From contig CAMVED010000003.1 of NCBI GenBank assembly GCA_947166445.1, positions 589 to 64,588 of the forward strand: a DNA stretch of 64,000 nt, read 5' to 3'. The translations under genes and the position numbers were made by a program. Source of the DNA: an uncultured Mycoplasmatota bacterium (GTDB taxonomy: Bacteria > Bacillota_I > Bacilli_A > RF39 > UBA660). Below are positions 18,034-27,439 of the stretch, one piece after another (position 1 is the first letter of the stretch; each line of letters opens with the position of its first letter). Under the pieces are notes generated by a model that had not been told where the DNA came from, did not search any database, and was given only the letters and a program-made list of their open reading frames with translations.

Positions 18034-19035
18034 TCAATGGTAGATATAATTATTTATTACTTCAATTATTTTATTACCATGAACATTCACTTTAACACTG
18101 GGTAAAACAGTATTTAACTCTTCAATAGTTTTAGGTAAAGCTTCAACTATTGTATCTAATTCTTCATTAGTAAATATATAATACGCTGGTATATTCATCT
18201 TTTTAGATCTTTCTTTTCTAAAAGAAATAAGTTTTTCCTTTAAAGAAACATTATCATCCTTTTGATAATTATCCAAAACCAGTTTATTTTTATAATAATA
18301 GTAATAATTAGTTTTATCTTCAACATTAGAGTTCAAAAATGTTTTGGCCCATACTTCAGTAGAACTTTTACTACCCCATAATGATTTATCAGATAGTTTT
18401 AAATCAGTTTCTATTTTCCTTATAAGACCATCTGCTCTAACAACTTTATCTTTTACATCATCAGGTGCATATCTATCATTAATAATTGTTTCATCGTTTG
18501 CAGCACATACTAATACTCTATGAATATTAGTAAAATTATCCTCATTTATCAATCTTCTTACGTAGTTAAGAACTTTATTAGAACTTAAACTTGTATTCCA
18601 AAGCTTCTTATAAACATCTCTTTGTGCTTCAACTTGTCTTAAAGGTGAATACATACCTTTTAAAATCTTTTTACCATTGTAGTTGTTTTCTCTTAAAAAA
18701 TCTCCTTTATTATTAATAGTAATGTTTCCATATAAATTTTTACATTCGATAAAGTAACAACAATATCTAGTAACTACAACAAAATCTATTTGAGCTTTTA
18801 AATTCTCATACTCTATATTTATATCGTGTAAAACATACATACCTATATTTGCTTTAGATAATTGATATCTTATTTCTTTTTCTCCTTTAATACCCTTTTT
18901 TACAACATATAACTCTTCTTTTATCTTTTTATTATTTGGATATTCTTCTAATAACTTTTCAAGAGCATCAAGTCTTTTATTTAAACTAGAAGATTCCTTT
19001 AAAAAAATTGTATCTTTAAATGTATCAAACAACAT
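18034..19035 (-). CDS. NERD domain protein with C-terminal HRDC-like module
   Basis: GEKEIRYQL...DFVVVTRYCCYFIECKNL is NERD-like. The C-terminal NIPAYYIFTNEELDTIVEALP is HRDC-like. Start moved to M14. Confidence 0.7.
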   Translation of the reverse strand: MLFDTFKDTIFLKESSSLNKRLDALEKLLEEYPNNKKIKEELYVVKKGIKGEKEIRYQLSKANIGMYVLHDINIEYENLKAQIDFVVVTRYCCYFIECKNLYGNITINNKGDFLRENNYNGKKILKGMYSPLRQVEAQRDVYKKLWNTSLSSNKVLNYVRRLINEDNFTNIHRVLVCAANDETIINDRYAPDDVKDKVVRADGLIRKIETDLKLSDKSLWGSKSSTEVWAKTFLNSNVEDKTNYYYYYKNKLVLDNYQKDDNVSLKEKLISFRKERSKKMNIPAYYIFTNEELDTIVEALPKTIEELNTVLPSVKVNVHGNKIIEVINNYIYH

Positions 19036-19190
19036 ATTTTTCGCCCCAATCCTATTACATTTACATTTTATCATAAAACAAAATATTTTGTAGAAAAAAA
19101 TATGTTTTTGCGCAAAAAAGAGTTTTTCCTTTGATCCTTTTATTATGTGGTTTCAAACATATTCAATACACATAACGATTCCATTTGATT

Positions 19191-19874
19191 TTAATTATTA
19201 TTATTTTTACTCACTATTACACACATAGATAAATTAAATCCTGGTATATCTTTAGAGATCCATTTTTTATTAAGTAAAAGTCCAGCCTTTTTAATTTCTT
19301 CTTCTAATGTATTCCAACCTACTATATTACAAGAAGTTTCAGGTACATTTACCACTTCATCAGTGTTTTGATATTTTCTTTCAACAATATTAAAAGCATC
19401 TTCAATATTAGTACATTTATTAAAAGAGCCATCTCCTAAAACTGTTATTAAAGCTTTACCATTTTCTTTTAAATGATCTTTTATAAACTTTAAATATTTA
19501 ATTCTATGTTCTTTTAAAACTAACATATGTAATACTGATACCGAATATATATAATCATACTTATTATTTAATTCTTCAGTTAAAAAATCTAATGTTTTAA
19601 AATTCTTAATATATTGATTATTACTTAGTTCATTACATTTATTAATTGCTTCTTTTGAATAATCAGTGGCAAGTAAGTTATAACCTTTATTTAAAAGATT
19701 AATAGCATCTCTTCCTTCACCACATCCTAATTCTAATACTGAATCTCCTTTGTTATAATCTTCTAAAAAATCTAATACTTCCTTTGTAGGCTCTTCAAAT
19801 TCCCACAGTTTACCTAAACTATGTACTTGTTTATATCTTAAATCATATGCTTTATAATAATCATTTTTATCCAT
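19191..19874 (-). CDS. Class I SAM-dependent methyltransferase
   Basis: Motif I VLELGCGEGRD. Start moved to MDKNDYY (GGTGG RBS), which removes the overlap with the upstream gene. Confidence 0.8.
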   Translation of the reverse strand: MDKNDYYKAYDLRYKQVHSLGKLWEFEEPTKEVLDFLEDYNKGDSVLELGCGEGRDAINLLNKGYNLLATDYSKEAINKCNELSNNQYIKNFKTLDFLTEELNNKYDYIYSVSVLHMLVLKEHRIKYLKFIKDHLKENGKALITVLGDGSFNKCTNIEDAFNIVERKYQNTDEVVNVPETSCNIVGWNTLEEEIKKAGLLLNKKWISKDIPGFNLSMCVIVSKNNNN

Positions 19875-19950
19875 AAAACCACCAATTAAATTATAACACA
19901 TCACTACACAAAAAAAGAAACTATTAACTAGTTTCTTAATATTTAAATTA

Positions 19951-20637
19951 TTATGCAACTGAAGAATATAGTAATGTAATATCTCCAAATGCTACATCAA
20001 AATCACCATCTGCTTGATCAGATCCAGCTTCATAAGCAATTCTAACTTTTACAGGTTCAGAGCCATCTTTAGCTAAGTCATGAGCAGTAGCAGAAGTAAA
20101 TGCATTTCTTAATGTAGTTTGAGTGAATGATTCAGTTCCTACAGTAAGAGTTAATGTAATACCATTACAAGCAGCATTAACTAAATTTTGAGTTGTACCA
20201 GTTTTAGCAGTACATTTTTTTGTAGCAGATTCACCAGATACATTAGAGAATGTTACACTTTTTAAATATGCTGCTAATTCTCCAGCGTTTTTAGTATAAA
20301 AATTATAAGTTACTTCTTGACCTGGTTTAGTAAATACAGCATGTAAATTTTTAATTACTGCATCTCCATTATCATTATCAATTTCTGCGTTTGTCGCACT
20401 AAATCCTGCATCAGTAGTTGGATTTAATACTGGTACTATATCACTATCATCAACACTATCTGAACTTTTTGAGAAGTCAACATTAAATATACTTTCATCA
20501 ACTTGAACTTCAGCTGAAGATTTAATTGTAAGTGTATTTGAGAATGCTGCGAAACCTAGTGATAAACCTACAACACCTAAAAGAAGCCCTATTATTGCTA
20601 TTACTCTAGCTCTGTTATCTCTTACATTATTTTCCAT
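19951..20637 (-). CDS. Secreted or signal-anchored protein of unknown function
   Basis: The N-terminal hydrophobic segment IAIIGLLLGVVGLSLGFAAF is followed by a T/S/A-rich beta-type sequence. Confidence 0.55.
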   Translation of the reverse strand: MENNVRDNRARVIAIIGLLLGVVGLSLGFAAFSNTLTIKSSAEVQVDESIFNVDFSKSSDSVDDSDIVPVLNPTTDAGFSATNAEIDNDNGDAVIKNLHAVFTKPGQEVTYNFYTKNAGELAAYLKSVTFSNVSGESATKKCTAKTGTTQNLVNAACNGITLTLTVGTESFTQTTLRNAFTSATAHDLAKDGSEPVKVRIAYEAGSDQADGDFDVAFGDITLLYSSVA

Positions 20638-20714
20638 ATATACCTCCTTATATTACAATACAATTATAAAACATAAATAAAAATATTTCAATTCTATTTA
20701 CACCATTTATTGAT

Positions 20715-21146
20715 TTAGTTTACACAAGAAAGTAGATTTAAAGTCTTGGAATCTTTCTTTCCATTGTAAAACTTATCAATAATTTTTGAAAAAATATCTA
20801 TCGAAGGATCAATATAATTAAATAAAGTCATACAAGAGTTTAGTTTCAAAGCATCTATATATCCAAGAATATCATAAATGCTATCATTCAGCTTATATAA
20901 TTCTTCAGATATTTCTATTAAATGTTTTCTTAATATATCATTATTTAAATATTCTTTAGCTTCATCTATACTTTTAATAGAATAATAATTAGAGGTGGAA
21001 CTATGTCCTAAACCATTAATTTGAGGAAATATATACCATATCCAATGCGACCATTTTCTTCCGCTTTTTATTTCATATAATGCTTTATCATAATTACCTT
21101 CTTGTGCATCTATAAATCTTTGTAAGTTGTAAGGATCTGTTTTCAT
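20715..21146 (-). CDS. DUF1810 family protein
   Basis: DPYNLQRFIDAQ...YDKALYEIKSGRKWSHWIWYIFPQ matches the conserved DUF1810 N-terminus. Confidence 0.7.
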   Translation of the reverse strand: MKTDPYNLQRFIDAQEGNYDKALYEIKSGRKWSHWIWYIFPQINGLGHSSTSNYYSIKSIDEAKEYLNNDILRKHLIEISEELYKLNDSIYDILGYIDALKLNSCMTLFNYIDPSIDIFSKIIDKFYNGKKDSKTLNLLSCVN

Positions 21147-21148
21147 AA

Positions 21149-22081
21149 TTACTTCCCTACTTTCTCTTCAAACTTAGTTGCTAAGTCAATTAAGTAATTC
21201 TTTCTTAATAATTTATCTAACCAAGTTTTAGGAATGCTTTCAATTCCATATATAATACCAGCCATAGATCCTGTAACAGCACCAATAGTATCAGTATCAT
21301 TTCCAATATTTGTAGAAGCAATAATGGCATCTTTATAATTATTAGAATTCATTATTATCCATAAAGAAGCTTCTAAAGTATCAACTACATATCCTGTAGA
21401 CTTAATATCATCTAATGATAAATCTTTAATATTATTTTTAAGTACTCTATCATAACAATTAATAGCTTCTTCTCCATAAGAACTATAATCTAAAAACTGG
21501 ATATTTTTATACGCCTCTTCTTTAGATAAACCTTCGAGTAAATAAATAACAAACCTTACATATAGATAACAACCAAGTTTACTTATATTATGAGAATGAG
21601 TTAGAGATGATATATCATTTGTTAAACTAATAATCTCTTCTTCTTTTAGTTTTTTAGAATAAGAGTAAAGTGCTACAGGCAAAATCCTCATTAATGAGCC
21701 GTTACCGTTAAGGTTAATGTTATTAGTAGCACATTCTAATGGACTAATACCATAACTAAAATTATGTATAGCTTTTAAACAAGTTCTACCTACGTCAAAT
21801 ACTTCATTATTTGCAGTATATTCTGCATAATTAATCCAATTTAACCATTTATTCATAATATCGTAATAATCAAAACATCCTTTTTCTATAAAAGAATCAA
21901 TTGTAGCTATTTCCATAGAAGTATCATCAGACCAAGATCCTGCGGGAACAGAATGTGATCCATATCCTTTCATTTCAGTTACAGGATTCATTAATAGTTT
22001 TTCTCTTATACAAAATTCAGTAGGAACACCCATAGCATCTCCAATAGCATGTCCTATTATAGAATCAATATATTTACTCAT
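21149..22081 (-). CDS. ADP-ribosylglycohydrolase family protein
   Basis: IGDAMGVPTEF and GNDTDTIGAVTGSMAGIIYG. Start moved to MSKYIDS. The gap to the DUF1810 gene is 2 nt. Confidence 0.85.
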   Translation of the reverse strand: MSKYIDSIIGHAIGDAMGVPTEFCIREKLLMNPVTEMKGYGSHSVPAGSWSDDTSMEIATIDSFIEKGCFDYYDIMNKWLNWINYAEYTANNEVFDVGRTCLKAIHNFSYGISPLECATNNINLNGNGSLMRILPVALYSYSKKLKEEEIISLTNDISSLTHSHNISKLGCYLYVRFVIYLLEGLSKEEAYKNIQFLDYSSYGEEAINCYDRVLKNNIKDLSLDDIKSTGYVVDTLEASLWIIMNSNNYKDAIIASTNIGNDTDTIGAVTGSMAGIIYGIESIPKTWLDKLLRKNYLIDLATKFEEKVGK

Positions 22082-22157
22082 AATATCACCTAGAGATATT
22101 ATAACACACAAAAATAAAAAGAAAGGATTTGGTAACTAAAACAAATCCTCCTTAAAA

Positions 22158-23216
22158 TTATCTTACAATCATTCTATCTATTTTATTAGATATTTCATCA
22201 TCTAGTTCTCTTATTTTTTTAGTTATAGACTTATTATAATCAATTAGTCTCAATACTTTATTTTGATCTATATCAATACCTTTTGTATAATTAGTAAAAC
22301 CTATTCTATGATTGTTATTTTTAATATTTTCTAAAGACACTAAAACACTTATATTATTTATTTCTTCATTTGACTTTATAATTTTTTTAAGATTATTATC
22401 ATTAACTTTTGACAATTCTTTTATGCTTATTTTTAAATCATTCAAATCTTTATTCTTATATGGATTCTTTTTACAAAATTTAATATAAGTTTTATCTTTA
22501 TCAATCATTATAGTTTCAATTGTTTCAAACGTATCACTATAATTAGAAATATCACTATATTTACATATCATAAATATATCTGAAACAATCTTATGTTTTT
22601 TTACAACATATTCTTTAGCATCAATATATTTCTTCCCATCGTTAATATAAATAATAGAATCATATTTTTTTATATTTATTTCATTTGATATATTAAAATA
22701 TTCTCTTTTAATACCTAATATTTCATCTAATAATTGATTTTTAAAAAGTTTGTATTTAGTACTATTAATATCACATATATCAACATTTGGATGATTGATA
22801 TATGGAATATCATAATTAGATATAAGCAAGTATTTTTTATTATTCTCTATATATGCATCAAGGACTCTATCCTTATAAATACTAATTTCATAATCTTCGA
22901 AAGCTATTTTTCTTATAATTTCATATATTTTATACTTAACAAAACAACTAACTAATCCTCTTCCAATAATTATTTCAGAATATTTTTCTTTAAGAAAAGG
23001 AATTAACTCTTCTACTTGACCATTAATTATTTTAGAATAATCTAGTTTTTCTCTTTCTATAATATATTTAGAGTATAATAATAATTCATAAAAGAATGAA
23101 GCACCAATAGTTACATTATCAGTTTTATATTTATTAATATGCTTTTTAATTAATTCAAGTAATTCTTTTTTCTGTATATTATCTTTATTATTAACATATC
23201 TAATATTACTTTTCAT
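22158..23216 (-). CDS. Hypothetical 352-aa protein (no catalytic motif recognised; C-terminal helix resembles HsdS conserved region)
   Basis: ORF with an 11-nt overlap onto the HsdS-like gene. The C-terminus reads ...VLRLIDYNKSITKKIRELDDEISNKIDRMI. Confidence 0.55.
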   Translation of the reverse strand: MKSNIRYVNNKDNIQKKELLELIKKHINKYKTDNVTIGASFFYELLLYSKYIIEREKLDYSKIINGQVEELIPFLKEKYSEIIIGRGLVSCFVKYKIYEIIRKIAFEDYEISIYKDRVLDAYIENNKKYLLISNYDIPYINHPNVDICDINSTKYKLFKNQLLDEILGIKREYFNISNEINIKKYDSIIYINDGKKYIDAKEYVVKKHKIVSDIFMICKYSDISNYSDTFETIETIMIDKDKTYIKFCKKNPYKNKDLNDLKISIKELSKVNDNNLKKIIKSNEEINNISVLVSLENIKNNNHRIGFTNYTKGIDIDQNKVLRLIDYNKSITKKIRELDDEISNKIDRMIVR

Positions 23217-23784
23217 CTTTAATTACCTCGTTTATCATATATTTTTTTATTGATTCATCATTTTTAATAAGTTTTTGATAAAGTCTATTTCTTTCATTTA
23301 TAGGGCGAATAATATCAATTAACTCATTTTGTTTATCTATTGGAACTAAAGGTATTTCTATTTCTTCTATATCCCAAAGAACTAATCCTTCTTCTCTACT
23401 TTTTCTTTCCATAATTTGATTTATCCCAAAGTATTCTAAATATTCTGCAATAAACTCAAGATTATAAAGATTATTATCATAAGGATTTCTTAAAACAAAG
23501 AAATTCTTTTTTATTATTACTTTATCATTATTAAGTGATGAACAATACCCAACATGATTTGTATTTTTCGAAGGTATTGAGGCTATTATAATGTCATTAG
23601 GTTTTAATAAGTACTTATCCTTTATATTCATTTTAATTTTTTGAACACCTGAATTTGAATAATTAATGACACAATTTTCAACATCTTTAGTATCAATTAG
23701 ATAAGCATCCATTGCTTCAAGACTGTTATCATTTTCTATACGTAGGCCTTTATAAATATCTTTAAAAATATCTTTTAATTTCAT
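23206..23784 (-). CDS. Type I restriction S-subunit-like protein (single target-recognition domain)
   Basis: LKDIFKDIYKG..., NDIIIASIPS..., FFVLRNP...EFIAEYL, IEIPLVPIDKQNELIDII follows the HsdS TRD plus conserved-helix pattern. Start moved to M6 (GAGGTGG RBS). Confidence 0.55.
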   Translation of the reverse strand: MKLKDIFKDIYKGLRIENDNSLEAMDAYLIDTKDVENCVINYSNSGVQKIKMNIKDKYLLKPNDIIIASIPSKNTNHVGYCSSLNNDKVIIKKNFFVLRNPYDNNLYNLEFIAEYLEYFGINQIMERKSREEGLVLWDIEEIEIPLVPIDKQNELIDIIRPINERNRLYQKLIKNDESIKKYMINEVIKDEK

Positions 23785-23837
23785 ACCAATCCACCTCATT
23801 AATTAAAATTATGCTATATTATATCACACTTTTTCAT

Positions 23838-23860
23838 TTTTGACTAATTTTTAGTCAAAA
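23838..23860. promoter_or_regulatory. Perfect palindrome TTTTGACTA-ATTTT-TAGTCAAAA between the macro-like and HsdS-like genes
   Basis: Direct reading. It contains TTGACT on both strands. On the minus strand a TGTGATATAAT extended -10 follows. Confidence 0.4.
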
Positions 23861-23862
23861 GT

Positions 23863-24366
23863 TTATATATAATTCTTTTTTTCACTTTTCTTATTAAAAA
23901 TAATATCAATATTAATATCTTTTTTTATAATATAATCTTTAAATAATTTATATATTTTAGGACATATTTCATTTGATTTGTAATCATATATCTTGTTTTC
24001 GATACTAAAGCACAAAACATTTTTATATTCATTTTTATTTATAATATCAAGCATAGTGCTATAAGTATTTAATAATAATTTATTACATTCATTATTATTA
24101 AAATATGGATATCTTATAAACATTAGATCAGATTTCAATTTAAAACTTGGTGTGATTCTAATATCTCCTACTTTCATTCTTTTAATTAAAGTATACTTTT
24201 TATTAATATATTTTTTTAGAAGTTTTATATTTACTTTATTAAAAATAATAAATGATGCTTTATTAGTATTTTCCATTGTAGAAGTACATGGAATAACAAT
24301 TAAATCATAATTAGATAAAAGTTCTGTATATAAAACTTTTTTGGATACCAATCTAAGCCTACCCAT
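23863..24366 (-). CDS. Hypothetical protein, possibly a macro-domain-like fold
   Basis: DLIVIPCTS...GDIRITPSF...LMFIRYP...NVLCFSIENKIYDY loosely follows the macro pattern (IVNAAN / G.a.iT / viH..gP / siafP). Start M13 lies 1 nt after the upstream stop. Confidence 0.4.
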   Translation of the reverse strand: MGRLRLVSKKVLYTELLSNYDLIVIPCTSTMENTNKASFIIFNKVNIKLLKKYINKKYTLIKRMKVGDIRITPSFKLKSDLMFIRYPYFNNNECNKLLLNTYSTMLDIINKNEYKNVLCFSIENKIYDYKSNEICPKIYKLFKDYIIKKDINIDIIFNKKSEKKNYI

Positions 24367-24367
24367 T

Positions 24368-25675
24368 TTAAATGTCCTTTTTTTCTTTATTAAAACTATC
24401 AATTATTTCTTTTATTTCATTTTCAAACAATATTTTTTTATCCTTTAGTTCATTTGCTAAAGCATCTAATATATGTCTGTTTTCTATTAACATTGTTTTT
24501 ACTTCACTATAATAATCAGTTATAGTTCTATTAGCATTATCTTCTTTTGACATCTTTGCTTTTTCTGATGCTCCATAGAAATTACATGAATTAAAATCAT
24601 TCATACAATAGTCATCTACAAGTCTTCTTACAATAGTATAAGCTCTATCTAAATCTGAAGATGTACCAACATCACATGAATTAAAAACTACTTCTGTTGC
24701 AGCTTTTCCTGCAAGTAAAGTTTTAACTCTATTTGTCATAAATTTAATATCTGAGAAATAATCATCATTATTATGAAATGTTGTAAATCCTCTTGTATTG
24801 CTATCACTTTTAGCTATAGTAATGAATGATACTGAACCAGGTTCTAAAAGTTCTCCAATTAAAGCATGTCCAGCTTCATGATAAGCAACATTAATAGCAT
24901 AGTTATCTTCTTGGTTAATATCATTAATAACTGCTTCATATTTTAATTCAAGAGCAGCTCTAACTAAGTCTTCCATATATATTTTCTTTTTATTATCGTA
25001 TGCTGCATATATACCAGCTTGATTACATACATTTTCAAGTTCAGCACATGATGTATTTGATAATATACAAGAAATATTTTTAATATTTACATTATCATCT
25101 ATTTTTTTTGATTTTAAATAATGAGTAAATACTTTTACCATATCTTTTTCTTTAGGAATATCTATTAAAAGTCTATTATCAAGTCTACCTGCCCTTTTAA
25201 GTGATTTTGGTAAAGAACTTATATCGTTAGCAGTAGCAATTACATATATATCTTCATCTTTTATACTGTCTATAAACGATTGAACAGCAACATATTCTTC
25301 ATTATTATTAATAAAACCTCCATTTTCTGAAAACTTATCTATATCATCTAATAGAATGATTGAGGGTTGATTCTTCTTAGCTTTATCAAATATTCCATTC
25401 ATATAATTAATAAAACTTCCATCAGATTTTACCTTTCTAATAACATATTTTGTCCTTTGAACATTATTCATAATTTCATTAGCTATACTAGTTTTTCCAG
25501 TTCCGGGAGGACCATATAGTAATAAACCATGTGACATAGCACATCCCATTTTTTTATATTTTTTTCCATTGTTTAACATATCAACAATAGTTTTCAATGT
25601 TTTTTTGATATCATCATAACCTATAATGTTATCAAATATTTCTTTTTCTTTTTTTAATTCTTTTTCTTTTTCCAT
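24368..25675 (-). CDS. Soluble FtsH-like AAA+ ATPase fused to an M41-type zinc metalloprotease domain (no TM segments)
   Basis: Walker A GPPGTGKT, Walker B IILLDDID (Asp where FtsH has the catalytic Glu), RAGRLD, HEAGH zinc motif and a downstream SSDLDRA. Start at M7 with an AAGGAG RBS. Confidence 0.8.
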   Translation of the reverse strand: MEKEKELKKEKEIFDNIIGYDDIKKTLKTIVDMLNNGKKYKKMGCAMSHGLLLYGPPGTGKTSIANEIMNNVQRTKYVIRKVKSDGSFINYMNGIFDKAKKNQPSIILLDDIDKFSENGGFINNNEEYVAVQSFIDSIKDEDIYVIATANDISSLPKSLKRAGRLDNRLLIDIPKEKDMVKVFTHYLKSKKIDDNVNIKNISCILSNTSCAELENVCNQAGIYAAYDNKKKIYMEDLVRAALELKYEAVINDINQEDNYAINVAYHEAGHALIGELLEPGSVSFITIAKSDSNTRGFTTFHNNDDYFSDIKFMTNRVKTLLAGKAATEVVFNSCDVGTSSDLDRAYTIVRRLVDDYCMNDFNSCNFYGASEKAKMSKEDNANRTITDYYSEVKTMLIENRHILDALANELKDKKILFENEIKEIIDSFNKEKKDI

Positions 25676-25764
25676 AATATCTCCTTCTTTCAAATTCGAT
25701 ATTACTATTAATTCTTTGATATAGAAATGAATTATTTTGACTAAGGATTTAGTTAAATGATTAC

Positions 25765-25795
25765 ATAAAAAAAGTCATAGCTACAATTTGCTATG
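25765..25795 (-). terminator. Rho-independent terminator after the DUF262-DUF1524 gene
   Basis: Hairpin CATAGC-AAATTGTA-GCTATG followed by ACTTTTTTT on the minus strand. It overlaps the stop codon. Confidence 0.6.
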
Positions 25796-27439
25796 CTCTT
25801 TATTATAATCCTCTATTAGAACTGTATACAATTTGTCCCTTAAGTATTTACATTTATTTTCATCCCAAACTTCATCCTTCAAAGTAAGCTTTGTCATCAA
25901 TTGAAGTTTAATACTATATCTATCTATATTATTCTTAAAATAATTTGCCTTGTTCGAAGGAGTAGCATTCTGCATCTTTGTATTTGTACCGTATGCCAAT
26001 AATGCCAGATTGCCAAAATCGTGTACCCAATGTGAATTCTTTTCTTTATCATCATTCTCTCTTGAAAGAAAATGTTCAATTGAATTTCTAAATTTAAATT
26101 GAAAATTAGATAAATCCAATTCCTTTAGTAGCGGTATTGTTTTACTGATATTATCTTTATTAATTAATATTAAATAATCCAAATAATTTAGTACTATTCT
26201 TTGCGTTTCAAATCCTGTTTGGCACTTTTCTTTTTCATATAGTGAAATAAAATCTCTAATGTATTCGTTTCTTATAAATGATCTTATATAATTAACATAA
26301 TCTTGATTTTTTCCATTATTGTGGAAAAACTTAAGTGTTTCAAATAACCATTTCATTTGTTTTCTATCAGTAAATGATACTCTTAAACAAGATTGAATAC
26401 GTATTATATCTTTATTTACATCTTTATTATTTAATATCCATTTGTCATCCTCAGAACTAGATTCATTATCTCTTCTTATTATTTTTTCATCATAAATATT
26501 TTTAGTTTTGATTAAAAAATCTAGAAAATCTAACACTTCTTGTTCATTTGATTGTTTAAAAGTCTCATCGTACTCTCCTACTAAATCTTTTAATTCAAAT
26601 AATTTATTATCATTTTCTTTATGCAGAATTATACTTCTATATAGTCTTATTGTATATAACAGAAAGTATTCAAAATCTAATATAGAGTTTTCGTTTTCAA
26701 TTTCTTCGTTTTTATTATTTTCAACTATACTATTCTTCTGATTAAGCATTTGATTAATAGTTAATTCTTTATATTCATTCTTATAAGGAACAGACTTAAA
26801 TTTATCAAATCCTTTTATACTCATTTTTTCATATTCATTCCATAAATTATTTATTCTTTTTTTATATGCATTATTGTTTTCATTTATTTTTGATATTAAT
26901 TTAGCTTTTATCATATCGCTTCTACTTAATTGAACGCCTCTAGAATTCATAACTTCAAAATAATGATTTAAGTCTTTTTCATCTTTATCAATATTTATTT
27001 CATAAAAATAAACATTTTCTAATTTGGAACGCATTTTCTCTACTCCGTATTTTTCAATTGTATTCTCGATTAGTCTATATTTATCATATAAAATATTCTC
27101 ATCTTTTTGATTATTTTGTTTTAGGAGTTCTTTAAGACTATTTTTTTTGTTTGTAATTTCATCAACTTCATATGTTAAGTTGATTTGGTTTTCATTTTTT
27201 ATAAAACCACATGCTATTGCAATCATATAAATCGTTGTTAATCTTTGCTGGCCATCAATTAAAACATATTTATCGTTATTTTGATTTACAGTAGTGACTC
27301 CTATACAATATTTATCTTTACTATTATAAATATCATCGATTAACTCTTCTATTTCTTTTACTTCCCAAGAGTATTCTCTTTGAAAGCAAGGAATAAAGTA
27401 TTCTTTTTCAAATGACTTAATTACTTTAACTGTTCCCAT
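25781..27439 (-). CDS. DUF262 + DUF1524 protein (GmrSD-like type IV restriction family)
   Basis: N-terminal FQREYSWE and DGQQRLTT (DUF262/ParB-like). C-terminal IEHFLSRE...NLALLAYGTNTKMQN (His-Me finger, DUF1524). Confidence 0.8.
   Translation of the reverse strand: MGTVKVIKSFEKEYFIPCFQREYSWEVKEIEELIDDIYNSKDKYCIGVTTVNQNNDKYVLIDGQQRLTTIYMIAIACGFIKNENQINLTYEVDEITNKKNSLKELLKQNNQKDENILYDKYRLIENTIEKYGVEKMRSKLENVYFYEINIDKDEKDLNHYFEVMNSRGVQLSRSDMIKAKLISKINENNNAYKKRINNLWNEYEKMSIKGFDKFKSVPYKNEYKELTINQMLNQKNSIVENNKNEEIENENSILDFEYFLLYTIRLYRSIILHKENDNKLFELKDLVGEYDETFKQSNEQEVLDFLDFLIKTKNIYDEKIIRRDNESSSEDDKWILNNKDVNKDIIRIQSCLRVSFTDRKQMKWLFETLKFFHNNGKNQDYVNYIRSFIRNEYIRDFISLYEKEKCQTGFETQRIVLNYLDYLILINKDNISKTIPLLKELDLSNFQFKFRNSIEHFLSRENDDKEKNSHWVHDFGNLALLAYGTNTKMQNATPSNKANYFKNNIDRYSIKLQLMTKLTLKDEVWDENKCKYLRDKLYTVLIEDYNKEHSKL

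Noticed and set aside
19951-20637. Apparent compositional outlier (less AT-rich, Ala/Thr/Gly-rich secreted protein) as a horizontally acquired gene
   Set aside because: The impression comes from amino-acid composition only, and no flanking repeats or mobility genes are present. It cannot be supported without computing GC and codon statistics.
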